From assembly GCF_006345805.1 (NCBI RefSeq), contig NC_043000.1, positions 93,248,001 to 93,312,000 on the forward strand: a stretch of 64,000 nt of DNA, read 5' to 3'. Shown here piece by piece: positions 26,472 to 40,372 of this stretch. The translations under genes and the position numbers were made by a program. Source of the DNA: Octopus sinensis (Eukaryota). Below the pieces are notes generated by a model, which worked only from the letters and a program-made list of their open reading frames with translations, ran no database searches and was not told where the DNA came from. The stretch's first letter is position 1. Every line of letters starts with the position of its first letter.

Positions 26472-26807
26472 TCTTTTACTCTTTTACTTGTTTCAGTCAT
26501 TTGACTGTGGCCATGCTGGAGCACCACCTTTAGTCGAGCAAATCGACCCCAAGACTTATTCTTTGTAAGCCTAGCACTTATTCTATCAGTCTCTTTTGCC
26601 AAACTGCTAAGTTATGGGGATGTAAACACACCAGCATTGGTTGTCAAGTGATGTTGGGGGGGACAAACACAGACACACAAACAGATACACACACATACAT
26701 ACATATATATATATATACAAATATATATATGTATTTAGTAGATGGAAACTGAAAGAAGCCTGTTGTATATATGTATATATACTATATATATATATATATA
26801 TATATGA

Positions 26808-26839
<32 letters not shown>

Positions 26840-27047
26840 GAATGATCTCTTGAGCACCACCAGCAAAAATATTTTTTTCCTCTGTCTTCCCTTCTTGGGA
26901 TCTTTCCTTCTCCTTGTTTCCGACGAAGAGCTCCACTCGAAACGTTAAACCCTCCCTCCCTTCTTTCCTGAGCGTCTAAATAATACTTTAATTGTTTCCA
27001 CGTCCTCGCGTTGCTGTGTTTTTTTCTGTGTTTTCTTGTTTGGATTA

Positions 27048-27078
<31 letters not shown>

Positions 27079-27278
27079 TCATATATATATATACAGTATA
27101 TATACATATATACGACGGGCTTCTTTCAGTTTCCATCTACCAAATACTCTCACAAGGCATTGGTCGGCCTGAGACTATAGTAGAAGGCACTTGCCCAAGG
27201 TGCCGCGCAGTGGGATTGAACCTGGATCCATGTGGTTCGTAAGCAAGCTACTTACCACACACCCACTCCTACGCCTAT
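26472..27278 (-). mobile_element. SINE family A split by inserts in its (TA)n linker
   Basis: Tail 26472-26700 and head 27112-27278. In between lie a plus-strand SINE A fragment and the HHR element at 26850-27052. Confidence 0.75.
26916..26950 (+). ncRNA. HHR-like motif (CCGACGA core variant)
   Basis: GTTT-CCGACGA-A-GAG-ctcca-CTC-GAAAC-GTT-AAAC. Same family as 4495-4530. Confidence 0.55.
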
Positions 27279-28541
27279 GATGATAATAGTGTGAAAAAAC
27301 ATAAAATATTACATTTTGTTGGATTAACCATTCTTTCACATGAAGACAACGGTGGTGCCACTCAGGTTTTAAAAAGGGTAAAGAACCCCCTTTGGTCATG
27401 AATGACCATGAGATTGCACCTAGAAAGTAACCCTTGATGATGATAATGATGATGATAGTTGTGGTGGTGATGGTGGTGGTGAAGGTGATGATGATCTTAC
27501 TCAAGGATGTGGCATGATAGCTCAGGCATAACTGAGATGTGTGGATCATACCTTGCAGTCTTTTATTTCATCAACTATCTCTGTGTTACAGGTTTGCCTC
27601 CAGCACTAAGATCATCCTGTGGTTATACAGAGACAATGATCTCTCAATTATAGACAATAGCAACATCATCATCATCATCATTTTCAACAACAACAGCAAC
27701 TCAAAAGAAATATTCCATATCTGTACCTAATATATTGTGAACTAGAAAACAATAGATTGCTTTTTTTTTTTTAAAAAAAATCCTAATTTTTATTTACAGA
27801 ATGAAATTCCAGCTTTCATTTTCCTCTCTACACAAAGATTTAGACTCATCTGTATATGTGTGTGTGTGTGTGTGTGCATGTATAACTGGCTGACTGGCTG
27901 TATGAATGGTTAAGCATGAGAGTGTATGTATGTGTATGTATGTATATGCATATATATCTATGTATATATATATGTGTGTGTGTGTATGTATGTATGTATG
28001 TATGTATGTATGTATGTATGTATGTATGTATGTATGTATCTATATATATATATATATACACACATACACTCACACAACAAGCGCTATACTGAAACAAACC
28101 AATATTCAACTATACAAATATATTATAGATATTATAGATAATTTTACACACACTGTAAGCATACACATAAACATACAGACAAATGAATATAAACGGTTTT
28201 GTAAACACATACATACACACATTTTTATGTATGTGCAAACGTAATCATTGATATTATCATTTATAGAAGTATAGGTATATACAAAACCGAATAATCATAA
28301 AATATACACAAATAAATGTATACGTTAATATAAATATAAGTGTGGTGTGTGCGTGTGAGTGCATATATGAGTATGTATATATGCATGTATGTATGAATGT
28401 GCGTAAATGTCTACATATGTATATAAACATACGCACGTAAACACACAGAGGTGGAGTCACATGTAGACATACACAAATTTATATCTATGTATACGTGTAT
28501 ATATACTTAAGGTATGTGTATAAATATATATATATGTGCAT

Positions 28542-28582
<41 letters not shown>

Positions 28583-28841
28583 TGTGTGTATATGAATATA
28601 TATATTTATTCATACATGCATACACACATATACATACATATTGATATGCACACACATACATAGATACATAGAAACATACATACATACATAAACTATACAC
28701 ACATACACATACATATATACATACATACATACATACATACATACAGCCATACACATAAAAACACACACATACAAAAATACAGACATACACACATACATAT
28801 ATACATACACGCATATATACATTCATACATACATACATACA

Positions 28842-28874
<33 letters not shown>

Positions 28875-29489
28875 GTGCATACATATATGTGCTACATATC
28901 CCTATCTGAAACAAAGAATAAATACATTTCTCATTGATTTAGAGAGAATAGAAAAGTTCTATTTCACTTGATAATTGTTTAAAAAACATCAATGATTCTG
29001 TGACAAAAAATAATTCGTCTTTGCTCATTGGACTGTCACTGAAGCATTCATGTGGAAAAAAACTTTATCCAGTATAAACAAATGAAATCCACGCTGTTAC
29101 GAACACAATTGTAACTCAACAAGTTTATTGAAAGTTTTGACTTGGAAACCTTGCCTTTGCAGAAAAAGGGGATTTTTTTTTCTTGTTGATTATTATATAC
29201 AATTGCTGTTGTTGTTGTTTTGCTCTTGTATTTGTTGCTTCTGTAGTTGTTTTCTTGTTCCTTTAGTCCAGTCCTGTTTGAACAAAGTAATCATTAATCC
29301 TTTTAACCTGCCTGAGACTGCTCCTGGCTCTACGTTACAAATTCCTTGTTTTAAAAGGATCTGTGTCAAAACCTTCTATCAAAATTTTTATATCAATTTA
29401 TGTTCAAAATACCAACTTAATAATACCAAAAACTTATTTTACTAAATTCTTCATTATTTTCAAAATTAATTGAAACAATAGTTGCAGAT

Positions 29490-29757
29490 ATCGTTATGTA
29501 GCAAGAAGCTTGCTTCCTAACCACATGGTTCCAGGTTCAGTCCTATTGCATGGCACCTTAAGCAAATATCTTCTATTATAGCCTTGTGCAGGAGTGGCTG
29601 TGTGGAAAGTAGCTTGCTTCCCAACCACATGGTTCTGGGTTCAGTCCCACTGCATGGCACCTTGGGCAAGTGTCTTCTACTATAGCCTTGAGCCGACCAA
29701 AGCCTTGTGAGTGGACTTGGTAGATGGAAACTGAAAGAAACTTGTCGTATATATGTT

Positions 29758-29799
<42 letters not shown>

Positions 29800-30275
29800 T
29801 GTGTTTGTCCCCCCAACATCGTTTGACAACTGATGCTGGTGTGTTTGCATCCCCGTAACTTAGCAGTTCAGTAAAAAAGACCGATGGAATAAGTACTAGG
29901 TTTCCAAAGAATAAGTCCTGGGGTCGATTTGCTTCACTGAAGGCAGTGCTCCAGTATGGCCGCAGTCAAATGACTGAAACAAGTAAAAGAGGGCCAACCA
30001 AAACCTTGTGAGTAGATTTGATAGACAGAAACTGAAAGAAGCCTGTTGTATGCATGTGTGTGTGTGTGTGTTTGTCTTTGTTGTCCACCACCACTTGACA
30101 ACCAGTGTTGGTGTGTTTACATCTCTATAAATTAGTTGTTCGGCAAAAGAGACCAAAAGAATTAGTACCAGAATTACAAAAGCAATAAGAACTGGGGTTG
30201 ATTCGTTTGACTACAATTCTTCAAGATGGTACTCCAGCATGGCCACAGTCAAACAACTGCATCAAGTTAAAGATA
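29490..30275 (+). mobile_element. SINE A inserted into an older SINE A
   Basis: Old head 29490-29585, complete copy 29587-29990, and old body resuming at 29991 (GGGCCAACCAAAACCTTGTGAG). Confidence 0.75.
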
Positions 30276-30758
30276 AAAATTAAAAATCTAACCATATATT
30301 TCAACAGAAATATGATAATAAGAAGTCTGAATGTGTTCCGACCATGACCATCTACATTATTTGTATATTCTGTAAGTTGGTACACTATATGAAGGAACAT
30401 GGCTCAGTGGTTAGAGCATCAGGCTTATAATCACAAGGTAGTGAGTTTGATTCACGGACCATGTCGTGTGATGTGTTCTTGAGCAAGAATCTTTATTTCA
30501 CATTGTTCTAGTTCACTCATCTGTAGAAATGAGTTTCAACATCACTGGTGCCAAGCTGTGTCCACTTTAGCTTTTCCCTTGTATAACATCCGTGGTGTAG
30601 AGAGGGGAGGCTGGTATGCATGCGCAACTTCTGGTCTTCCACAAAACAACTTTGGCCAGACTTGTACCTAGGAGGGGAACTTTCTAGGTGCAATCCCGTG
30701 GCCATTCATGAACAAAGGGTTCTTTACCCTATATGTATATAATATATATATATATATA

Positions 30759-30802
<44 letters not shown>

Positions 30803-31185
30803 ATATATTATAAGGCATATTGTTAAGTGGTTAAACACCAGACTTACAACTGAGAGGTTGTGACAACAGTTCCCAGACCGGGCTGTGTTGTGCTCTTATA
30901 GAAATGAGTTGCAATGTCACTGGTGCCAAGCTGTATCAGCCTTTGCTTTTTCCCTTGGATAACATTGGTGGCATGGAGAGGGGAGGATGGTGTGCATGCA
31001 TGACTGCTGGTCTTCCATATGCAACCTTGCCTGGACTTGTGCCTCAGAAGGTAACTTTCTAGGTGCAATCCCACGGCCATTCTTAACCAAAGGGTTTCTT
31101 TAACCTTTACCCAGCTGCCCTATCCAATGTGACTTGATCTCCCACTTGTTTTTTCTTTATTTTTTTTTTTATAAGCAGTAAAATA

Positions 31186-31395
31186 TGTACATTATTTACA
31201 CTATTTACATTTGACAGATATTTATCCTCATCTTGTTTGTTGTTTACACAATGTTTCAGCTTCATCCTAATGAGAACCCAGGTTCGAAATTTCCCCCAAG
31301 CCACTTGATGAAGGCTGGAGGGTATATCAGCTGAAACGTTGTGTTAACAACAAACAAGATGAGGACAAATATCCGTCAAATGTAAATAATGTACA
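31186..31395. mobile_element. Inverted-repeat Penelope-type pLTR with decayed HHR
   Basis: Arms TGTACATTATTTACA..TTTGACAGATATTTATCCTCATCTTGTTTGTTG..TTTCAGCT and AGCTGAAACGTTGTG..CAACAAACAAGATGAGGACAAATATCCGTCAAATGTAAATAATGTACA. HHR at 31302-31343: CAC-TTGATGA-A-GGCTG...CAGCT-GAAAC-GTT-GTG. Confidence 0.7.
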
Positions 31396-31736
31396 TAATT
31401 CCTTATCTCTTAAATATAGAACAGTAAAATATGATTTGAAAGCAGTTTTGGCTGCTATTTCTAGCAGGTCATGTGACAACATAGAAGCATCCTTTACATG
31501 AAGTTGCTTAAGGAATGTTATACTTGAAAGAAGAAACTGAAGACATTTTGTATATTTTTTCAATATTATCTTATTAAAGACAATCCAAAGAATGCAAGAA
31601 AACAAACAGTGAATGATATTACAGTGAGCAAAATCTGTAAAGAAGCCAAATGTGCAATATATTGATGTTTTCCTTGTTGTCAACCCTGATAAAACTGTCA
31701 TATGATCAAAAGCTTTGCAGCCAGCCATGCCACTCT

Positions 31737-32137
31737 CTTTCTTTACTCTTTTACTTGTTTCAGTCATTTGACTGCGGCCATGCTGGAGCACCGTCTTTAG
31801 TCAAGGAAATCGAGCCCAAGACTTATTCTTTGTAAGTCTAGTTCTTATTCTATCAGTCTCTTTTGCTGAACCACTAAGTTACATGGACGTAAACACACCA
31901 GCATCGATTGTCAAGCGATGTTGGGTGGGAAAAACACAGACACACACACAAATATATATATATACATATATACAATGGGCTTCTTTCAGTTTCCATCTAC
32001 CAAATCCACTCAAAAACTTTTGGTCGGCCCATGGCTATAGTAGAAGACACTTGCCCATGGTTCCATGCAGTGGGACTGAACCCAGAACCATGTGGTTGGT
32101 AAGCAAGCTACTTACCACACAGTCACTCCTGTGCCTA
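31737..32137 (-). mobile_element. SINE family A
   Basis: Full-length reverse copy. Confidence 0.85.
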
Positions 32138-32409
32138 ATAGTCTGTACCATTCCAGTCTCCTTTTTAGAAACAGGGTATATCTATGTGTATGTAAGCAGC
32201 ATGACCAAAACGCTAAAGAATTTGCTTTGTAACAAGGTTCTAGATGCTCTGTCACTGCATGGTATCTTTGGGCATGATTAGCTCTAAGCCTCCAGTTGTC
32301 ACAGATCTGGATTTCTGTCAGTTATGATTACAGGTGTTCCAGGTGATTTGATCAAACAGCCTGATTGTGAAATTAACACTGAGCACTCCACAGACATGTG
32401 TACCCTTAA

Positions 32410-32642
32410 CCCTTTTGTTACTGTATTTCTGTTGAGATGCACTGTGTTTCTTTCAATCATTTTAAATATAACAAAGAATTTAGTAAAATAACTTAGTTAT
32501 CATTAAACTTAGTGTTAGGAACATAATTCGTGACTAAGGTTTGGTGGAAGATTTTAATTCAAAACTTAAGAATGAGATATTTGTGGTGAGATATTTGTAC
32601 TCAGAGCCAGAGCTAGTTTCAGCCGGGTTGGTAACGAAAGGG
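32410..32642. mobile_element. piggyBac-like MITE
   Basis: TTAA|CCCTTTTGTTAC...GTAACGAAAGGG|TTAA. Confidence 0.8.
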
Positions 32643-32771
32643 TTAACGTAGCTCTCAAGGAGATTAAGTATGACACAGATTGTGGCAAGGCTGGCCCTTT
32701 GATTTGCAAGTGCAATTCATCTTCAGCATCTGAGTGGACTGGAGCAATGAGAAATAAAACATCTTGCTTAA

Positions 32772-33216
32772 CACCTTGTGAATGGAAAGTGGTACTGACC
32801 ATATCGAAACACTATGTGTGTGAGTAGTATGATGTCTTGCTCTGTGCAGAACTCTGTTTTCAAATATCCCATACTGAGAAGATGTTGTAAATACCCTGCA
32901 AAATCCCTTGCATGAGAAATTATATAGTTACTGAATAGCCTAATATTGGTATGCAGCACAGTCTGTGAGTACTAAATCCGTCTGCAAAGGGGTTAATCCT
33001 TCCGTTACTGTATTTATTTTGAGATGGTCTGTATTTCTTGCCAATATTTTAAATATAAGAAAGAATTTAGTAAAATAACTTAGTTATCATTCAGCTAGTG
33101 TTAGGAACTTAAACTGTGACTGAGGTTTAGTGGAAGATTTTAATTCAAAACTTATGAAAACAGGACGTTTGTACTCAGAGCCAGAGCCAGTTTCAGCCAG
33201 GTTGGTAACAAAAGAG
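32772..33216. mobile_element. Two adjacent TTAA-flanked MITEs sharing a TTAA
   Basis: TTAA|CACCTT..GTACT..AGTACT..AAGGGG|TTAA|TCCTTCCGTTAC...GTAACAAAAGAG|TTAA, nested in a minus-strand CORE-type SINE whose head lies at 33220-33300. Confidence 0.6.
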
Positions 33217-33747
33217 TTAAGGACACTATACACTGCCTGGAATTGAACTTGCAATCTTACAAATTATGTGCTGAATACTCTAACCACTAAGCCACGTGCT
33301 TTGTGATTCAAATTTGGTGCTCGAAAACTGTTGAGAAGCCCTTTGAATAGATTGTATTAATATCTCAAAGGACCTGTTTTGATAATATCTCCTGTTGCTT
33401 TTGAGTCAGCCTGACCGAACCTCTTCCGCTCTTAGATTCTCTCCTCCTTTTCGATGTATTTCTTGGACTTGGGACATAAATATACTTTCTAATTTATATA
33501 GCTACCTATCTATCTGTAATTTTGTTGATTTATCTTTCTACTTATTTGTCTGTCCATCTTTTAATCTTTCCATGTATCTATCTCTATCTACTTATCTATC
33601 TCTCTATTCTGCTGCCTCTCTCTGTTCCCATACATTCATCTCTCTATCCATCTGTCCATCCATTCATCCACCTATCTCTCTATCTATCTATCTATATATC
33701 TACCTATCTATCTATATATCTATCTATATATCTATCTATATATCTAC

Positions 33748-33793
<46 letters not shown>

Positions 33794-34404
33794 CTATCTC
33801 TCTTTTCTTCTCTTTGTTCCCAATGTCTATTAGCCGATCCGTCTATCAATTATCTATCTCCATCAAAAATAGCAAGCCCTACCATCTTCCACCAAGAACA
33901 ATGCCCCTCCAACTCCACCACCACAAACACCACCACAACCCCTACTGCCATCATCACCATTCATCACCACCATCACCACCACCACCACTGTCAGCACCAC
34001 CACCACCACCCCCACCATTGCCATCATCACCACCATTGCCACCATCTTACCACCACTGCCATTATCTCAGTGCCGATACTTGATCATGTCTGCAGTTTCT
34101 AATTAATTGCCGTCTTACCTGCCAAGTGATTTCTCTTCAGGTTACTTCTGCACTAAGCCATCTTAATGGAAGTGAACTTCTGCATGACTGGTTCAAACCT
34201 ACCTTTAACACGTGTTTTTACGTTTTTTTTATTCTTTATTTTTTTAAATTCTTTTAATATTTTATAATTTTTATTTGTATTTGTATTTTATTTTTTGTTT
34301 TGTTTTATTTTACTATGTAACTTCATTTGATTTTGTTGTGTTTTTTTTTTTATCTGCTGTCTCTGATACTGATACAAATGCACTCATACATATGTATGTC
34401 TGTA

Positions 34405-34443
<39 letters not shown>

Positions 34444-34456
34444 CGTACATACATAC

Positions 34457-34493
<37 letters not shown>

Positions 34494-34758
34494 AATGTCT
34501 ATACACACACATCCACATACAAACACACACATATATACATGATATGTAAACAAGATATCTGTCTAAATTTCTACTTATCTGTCTCACTCTCAATCATTTT
34601 TACCCATTTATAATATATACATACATATATATATATATATACACACAGACACACACATACATACCAAACACATATATGTTTTTATATATACATAGTTAGA
34701 GAAATATAGATATAAATCTACATATGCATGTACATATATATGTGCATATATGTTATAT

Positions 34759-34793
<35 letters not shown>

Positions 34794-34880
34794 CATGCAT
34801 ACACTCACATATATATAAATATATCTGCATGTATGTTTCTCTTCCTTGCCCTCTCTCATTTCATATTTAATGTATATATA

Positions 34881-34937
<57 letters not shown>

Positions 34938-35554
34938 TGTGTGTATATATGTATATATATATATGTATGTATGTATGTATGTATATACATACATACATAC
35001 ATATATAATATATGTGGCAATGTCTTTCCGTTTCATTGATGTACAACTTAATTCTAGAAACTGCCTACTTATCTTTCCAATTCATGCACACGCTTACATG
35101 TACAACATGCACACACATCAACACAGAGACACACACACCACACATACAAATATACATAAATACTGTACACACATATTCACACATACACATACAAAATATA
35201 CACACATATAAATACATAATTTCGTCCACACTCTCATAGAAAAATCTGTTTGCTTACATGAAGCAAATAGCAGAGCATATTCTTTTCCACTTTTGTCTCT
35301 ATAATTACGTATGCATTTATTAAAATTAATCATTACCATTATCATCATCGTTTTGACATGGACATCTGCTTTTCTTTGTTTGCATGGGTTGGACAGGAAT
35401 TTGTTCGGGCAAAGTCTTTTTTACAGATGGATGCCCTTCCTGTTATCAATCTTCACCTGTTTCCAAGCAAAGTAATATTTTCCCTAATAACACTGACAAT
35501 CATTTACAAGTATTATATGGTTTTAAAGCAAAAAGACAAGCATGCAATTGTATG

Positions 35555-35604
<50 letters not shown>

Positions 35605-35621
35605 GTTCGTCCTTTTCTATC

Positions 35622-35880
35622 TCATCTCCTTGACAGATGTTTGTGCCAAATGTGACTTTGAAGCCCAAGTCAGTGGTGAATGAGTTGTGGGCAGAATTCA
35701 CACATGATGGTCGGTGCAGGTCAAGGACATTGAAAACACTCCATTCTAATGCATTTTACCTCCTCATTCTGTTGTCTGTTCTGCTTGAAGGAGCTGGTTC
35801 CATTGTGGATGGCATTCCTCCAGGTTGTCCTATCCATGGCAATATGTTCCCATTAGGATGGCTGGATGTTAGTTTGAGCC
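35622..35880 (-). mobile_element. RTE-clade LINE 3' end (decayed)
   Basis: Minus strand translates WEHIAMDRTTWRNAIHNGTSSFKQNR...MCEFCPQLIHH*LGLQSHIWHKH, matching the RTE 'A.DR..WR' motif and terminal C2H2 finger. Contains in-frame stops. Confidence 0.7.
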
Positions 35881-35882
35881 AA

Positions 35883-36279
35883 GGTGCAGGAGTGGCTGTG
35901 TGGTGAGAAGCTTGCTTCCCAACCACATGGTTCCAGGTTCAGTCCCATTGTGTGGCACCTTGGGTAAGTGTAATTCTATTATAGCCTCAAGCCAACCAAA
36001 GCCTTGTGAGTGCATTTGATAATCAGGAACAGAATGAATCCCATCACATATATGTGTGTGTGTGTGTGTGTATGTATGTACGCATGCATGTATCTATGTA
36101 AGCATGTATGTATGTATTTATGTATGTGTGTATCTGTGTTCGGCAAAAAATATCTGATAGAATTAGTACTAGGCTTACAAAGAATCAGTCCTAGGGTCGA
36201 TTTGTTCAACTACAGGCAATGCTCCAGTATGACTGCAGTCAAATGATTGAAACAAGCAAAGGAATGATAGAATAAAAGA

Positions 36280-36338
<59 letters not shown>

Positions 36339-36810
36339 TTTTATTCCTTTACTTGTTTCAGTAATTTGACTGTGGTCATGCTGGAGCACCACCTTGAAGG
36401 CTTTTTAGTCAAACAAATCAACCCCAAGACTTAGTTTTTAAGCCTAGTACTCATCCTAGTACTCTTTTGCCAAACCACCAAATTACAGAGATATAAACAC
36501 ACCAGCACTGATTGTCAAGCCTTGTGAGTGGATTTGGTAGACAGAAACTGAAAGAAGCCTGTTGTGTATATGCATATGTATATATATATGAGTGTGTGTG
36601 TTTGTGTGTCTGTATTTGTCCTCCCAACATTGCTTGACAACAGATGCTGGTGTGTATACATCCCCATAACTTAGTGGTTCGGCAAAAGAGACCGAGAGAA
36701 TAAGTACTAGGCTTACAAAGAATAAGTCGTGAGGTCAATTTGCTCGAGTAAAGGTGGTGCTCCAGCATGGCTGCAGTCAAATGACTGAAACAAGTAAAAG
36801 AGTAAAAGAG
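35883..36810. mobile_element. Cluster of three SINE A pieces (+, -, +)
   Basis: 35883-36275 (+), 36340-36518 (-) and 36517-36810 (+). Confidence 0.75.
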
Positions 36811-37106
36811 TGTGAAGACAGCAGGCTGGCAGAGTTGTCAGCACATTGAATGAAATGCTTTACAGGCAATTATGTCAAACGGCAGAGTCTCTACGATCTC
36901 CATTGCTCATATACTAGTTGCCAAGGGGACCACAGATTTCTAAGCGCATGTTTACAACAATGACTTCCTCCATTTGATGAAAACTGATGTCAAAATAATT
37001 TTGTACAGACAGATTTTATTACAACCACAAAAAACTATATTACTAGACAATAACTATAAAAACAAAAGATAGCATTTTATACATCAACTTTACTTGTAAT
37101 TGTTAA

Positions 37107-37330
37107 TTAATCTTTATTTTGCTGTCCTGATACTTGGCATTGCATTTTGGTAACTAATTTTTGTATATTTGTTTCAAGTGTCCATGCAATTCTAACTTGT
37201 ATCAATGATGACAAATGTGTGTCAGTTAACCTGGTTCCTTCTGAAGTTGCTTTCATTAAAGAAAACAACTTTTCACACACATGGGTTGGACCAAACAACA
37301 TAATTTTGTTAATCATTTTTATTATTAAAA
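37107..37330 (-). pseudogene. hAT (Buster/Charlie/SPIN-like) transposase C-terminal dimerisation fragment
   Basis: LFGPTHVCEKLFSLMK...RLTDTHLSSLIQV...NIQKLVTKMQCQVSG matches the hAT motif FGSTYxCEqLFS..K..RSRLTDxHL..CQVS. Confidence 0.8.
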
Positions 37331-37817
37331 ATTTTTGAGTTCCTCATTTTTAAACCTTGAATTATATCACTTGAGGGATGCATTTGTGTTCAAAAAGTAC
37401 TAGAGTTGGTTTGTTTGATTAAACCCTTCAAAGCATTGCCCCAGCATGGCCACAGTCTAATGACTGAAACAAGTAAAAGAATAAATAAATATATATTGGA
37501 ATGAGAGGAAAAGAGCAAAAGGTGGCTGTGTTTAGGAAGAAAGAAGCAACAGAAAGAACCTCTTGCTGGTTAAGGGGCAAGAGAGAGGAGTTAAGTTGGA
37601 ACCCAAGAGGAAATGATGAACAGTGATTTGGTCACTTCTGTTGACCCACCAATGGGAAGGTCTTTACAGTTCAGGGTTGAAACACTCGATGATCAATGGA
37701 TATCAACTGATGACATTAGTTCAACCTAGCCAAAGTTCCATTCACTTAGGTAAATAGAAAAGAAGCAGCTTTCTCTAGGTGTTCTCAATAACATATGTAC
37801 ATACACACACACACACA

Positions 37818-38094
37818 CACATGTCTCGGTAAATGTCCTCAGATTGCACTGTCCTTAGACAGACACCCAAACACTCTGAAGAGTTCATATTGGAGCTTCC
37901 TGTGCAAATGCCAAGCAGTAAAGTATGTCGTTTCCAAATTTCTGGCAGAGTGAATTGCATCATGGTGCTGTTATTCTCACAGATGGTAGCCAACTGACCC
38001 TACTATACTGTGTAGTCGACAAAATCAAAAACAAACAATATGCATGGGAGAAATAAAAAATATAAAATGGTGAGAACTTACCCATCTCATCCTG
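37818..38094 (-). mobile_element. Tc1/mariner deletion derivative (second copy of 13503-13866)
   Basis: MMQFTLPEIWKRHTLLLGICTG..SECLGVCLRTVQSED. Confidence 0.7.
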
Positions 38095-38359
38095 TATATG
38101 TTTGTGTGTGTATGTTCCTAAATTTAACAGAAAAAATGGATGGGTATGTTGTAATCAGTAGCATACTTATCATGAAAATAAGAGGTATGAGTTCAATCCC
38201 CACATGTACTGAAACCCATTTTTTTCCCCATTGTGGGTTTAAATACCCCAATATTAGATTATTTTCTTTAATCTTTTACTTGACTCAGTAATTAGACTGT
38301 GGCCATGCTGGGGCATTGCCTTGAAAAATTTTAGTTGATTGAATCAACCCCAATACTTA

Positions 38360-38652
38360 GCTCAAATACCAGGAGGGCCAAAAATGGTAAAAATTCAAAA
38401 ATAGTGCTCATGGTGACTGCCCATATCTTACGTAAAATACTGTCTATGTAATCTCAAATTTTAAAGCAAACTTATAATAGTTTTCTAATGTTTTCTTAAA
38501 TATTCTTTAGAACAATATTTTTGTGCAAAACCAAATATATGACACCCTAGGCATAACACCAACTTGAACTTCTAACTTGTTGTCTCTTGAGATCTCTGGG
38601 TGAGACTTGGAATCAACTTGCACAAATACAAAGCAAATCTCAAACATATGAG
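38360..38652 (+). mobile_element. R4/Dong-like 3' end remnant
   Basis: QIPGGPKMVKIQKIVLMVTAHILRKILSM*, then a 3' UTR running into (AAT)n. Confidence 0.7.
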
Positions 38653-38653
38653 G

Positions 38654-38712
<59 letters not shown>

Positions 38713-38719
<7 letters not shown>

Positions 38720-39204
38720 TATGGTATAAAAGATGGGCTACAGCAAATATTCTGCTCAATACCACAGATTTGCTTATTAGTTGTTTGACCTTAACCAGTT
38801 GAGCATGTCTCTTAGTGGCTGACGATTTGTGCATCTCTGATCATGAGCAGAAGTAGTGGAGGAGTATCATAGCCATGTGTTGAGAGGAAATCTTTGGGGC
38901 TTGAATAATTCACCTCTGGAAACGGGTGTTTCGTTCAACATCCTTAAACAACCCTTATTCAGAGACCTTTTGAGTGGGATTGGTTACTCGACCAGAAGAA
39001 AATTCTAACTGGGCTCCACCTCCAAGTCATGTGCTGTTTATCTTGGTATGAGATCACCATGTCGTGCACATATGGTTGTGATGCATGTGCCTGGTGTAAC
39101 CTTATCAGATGGGTAGTCATGATGGGTATACTGGGCTTCGGATATTTTACCCCAGTGTCATTTTGATGGCATGCACTGCTCTCTCACTCAACCACAACAA
39201 CAAG

Positions 39205-39237
<33 letters not shown>

Positions 39238-39759
39238 TAATAATAATAATAATAATAAATAATAATAATAAAAATATGGTATAAAAGATGGGCTACAGCA
39301 AATATTCTGCTCAATACCACAGATTTGCTTATTAGTTGTTTGACCTTAACCAGTTGAGCATGTCTCTTAGTGGCTGACGATTTGTGCATCTCTGATCATG
39401 AGCAGAGTAGTGGAGGAGTATCATAGCCATGTGTTGAGAGGAAATCTTTGGGGCTTGAATAATTCACCTCTGGAAACGGGTGTTTCGTTCAACATCCTTA
39501 AACAACCCTTATTCAGAGACCTTTTGAGTGGGATTGGTTACTCGACCAGAAGAAAATTCTAACTGGGCTCCACCTCCAAAGTCATGTGCTGTTTATCTTG
39601 GTATGAGATCACCATGTCGTGCACATATGGTTGTGATGCATGTGCCTGGTGTAACCTTATCAGATGGGTAGTCATGATGGGTATACTGGGCTTCGGATAT
39701 TTTACCCCAGTGTCATTTTGATGGCATGCACTGCTCTCTCACTCAACCACAACAACAAG

Positions 39760-39792
<33 letters not shown>

Positions 39793-40313
39793 TAATAATA
39801 ATAATAATAATAAATAATAATAATAAAAATATGGTATAAAAGATGGGCTACAGCAAATATTCTGCTCAATACCACAGATTTGCTTATTAGTTGTTTGACC
39901 TTAACCAGTTGAGCATGTCTCTTAGTGGCTGACGATTTGTGCATCTCTGATCATGAGCAGAGTAGTGGAGGAGTATCATAGCCATGTGTTGAGAGGAAAT
40001 CTTTGGGGCTTGAATAATTCACCTCTGGAAACGGGTGTTTCGTTCAACATCCTTAAACAACCCTTATTCAGAGACCTTTTGAGTGGGATTGGTTACTCGA
40101 CCAGAAGAAAATTCTAACTGGGCTCCACCTCCAAAGTCATGTGCTGTTTATCTTGGTATGAGATCACCATGTCGTGCACATATGGTTGTGATGCATGTGC
40201 CTGGTGTAACCTTATCAGATGGGTAGTCATGATGGGTATACTGGGCTTCGGATATTTTACCCCAGTGTCATTTTGATGGCATGCACTGCTCTCTCACTCA
40301 ACCACAACAACAA

Positions 40314-40370
<57 letters not shown>
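38713..40370 (+). repeat. Three near-identical tandem copies (period 555 bp) of a non-coding (AAT)n-embedded element
   Basis: Units start at ~38713, 39268 and 39823 (ATATGGTATAAAAGATGGGCTACAGC...) and end CTCTCTCACTCAACCACAACAACAAG(AAT)n. A longer dispersed copy lies at 44125-44688 (-). Confidence 0.95.

Positions 40371-40372
<2 letters not shown>

Noticed and set aside
34119-34200. Splice-site-like signals on both strands
   Set aside because: The minus-strand candidate has stops in all frames and a poor acceptor. The plus-strand candidate lacks a good donor.
38713-40370. Repeat-spacer-like array (CRISPR or retrozyme array)
   Set aside because: The units are long and near-identical, the linkers are microsatellite, there are no cas genes and the context is eukaryotic. 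The CTGACGA in the unit has no matching stem II/GAAA, so it is not an HHR.
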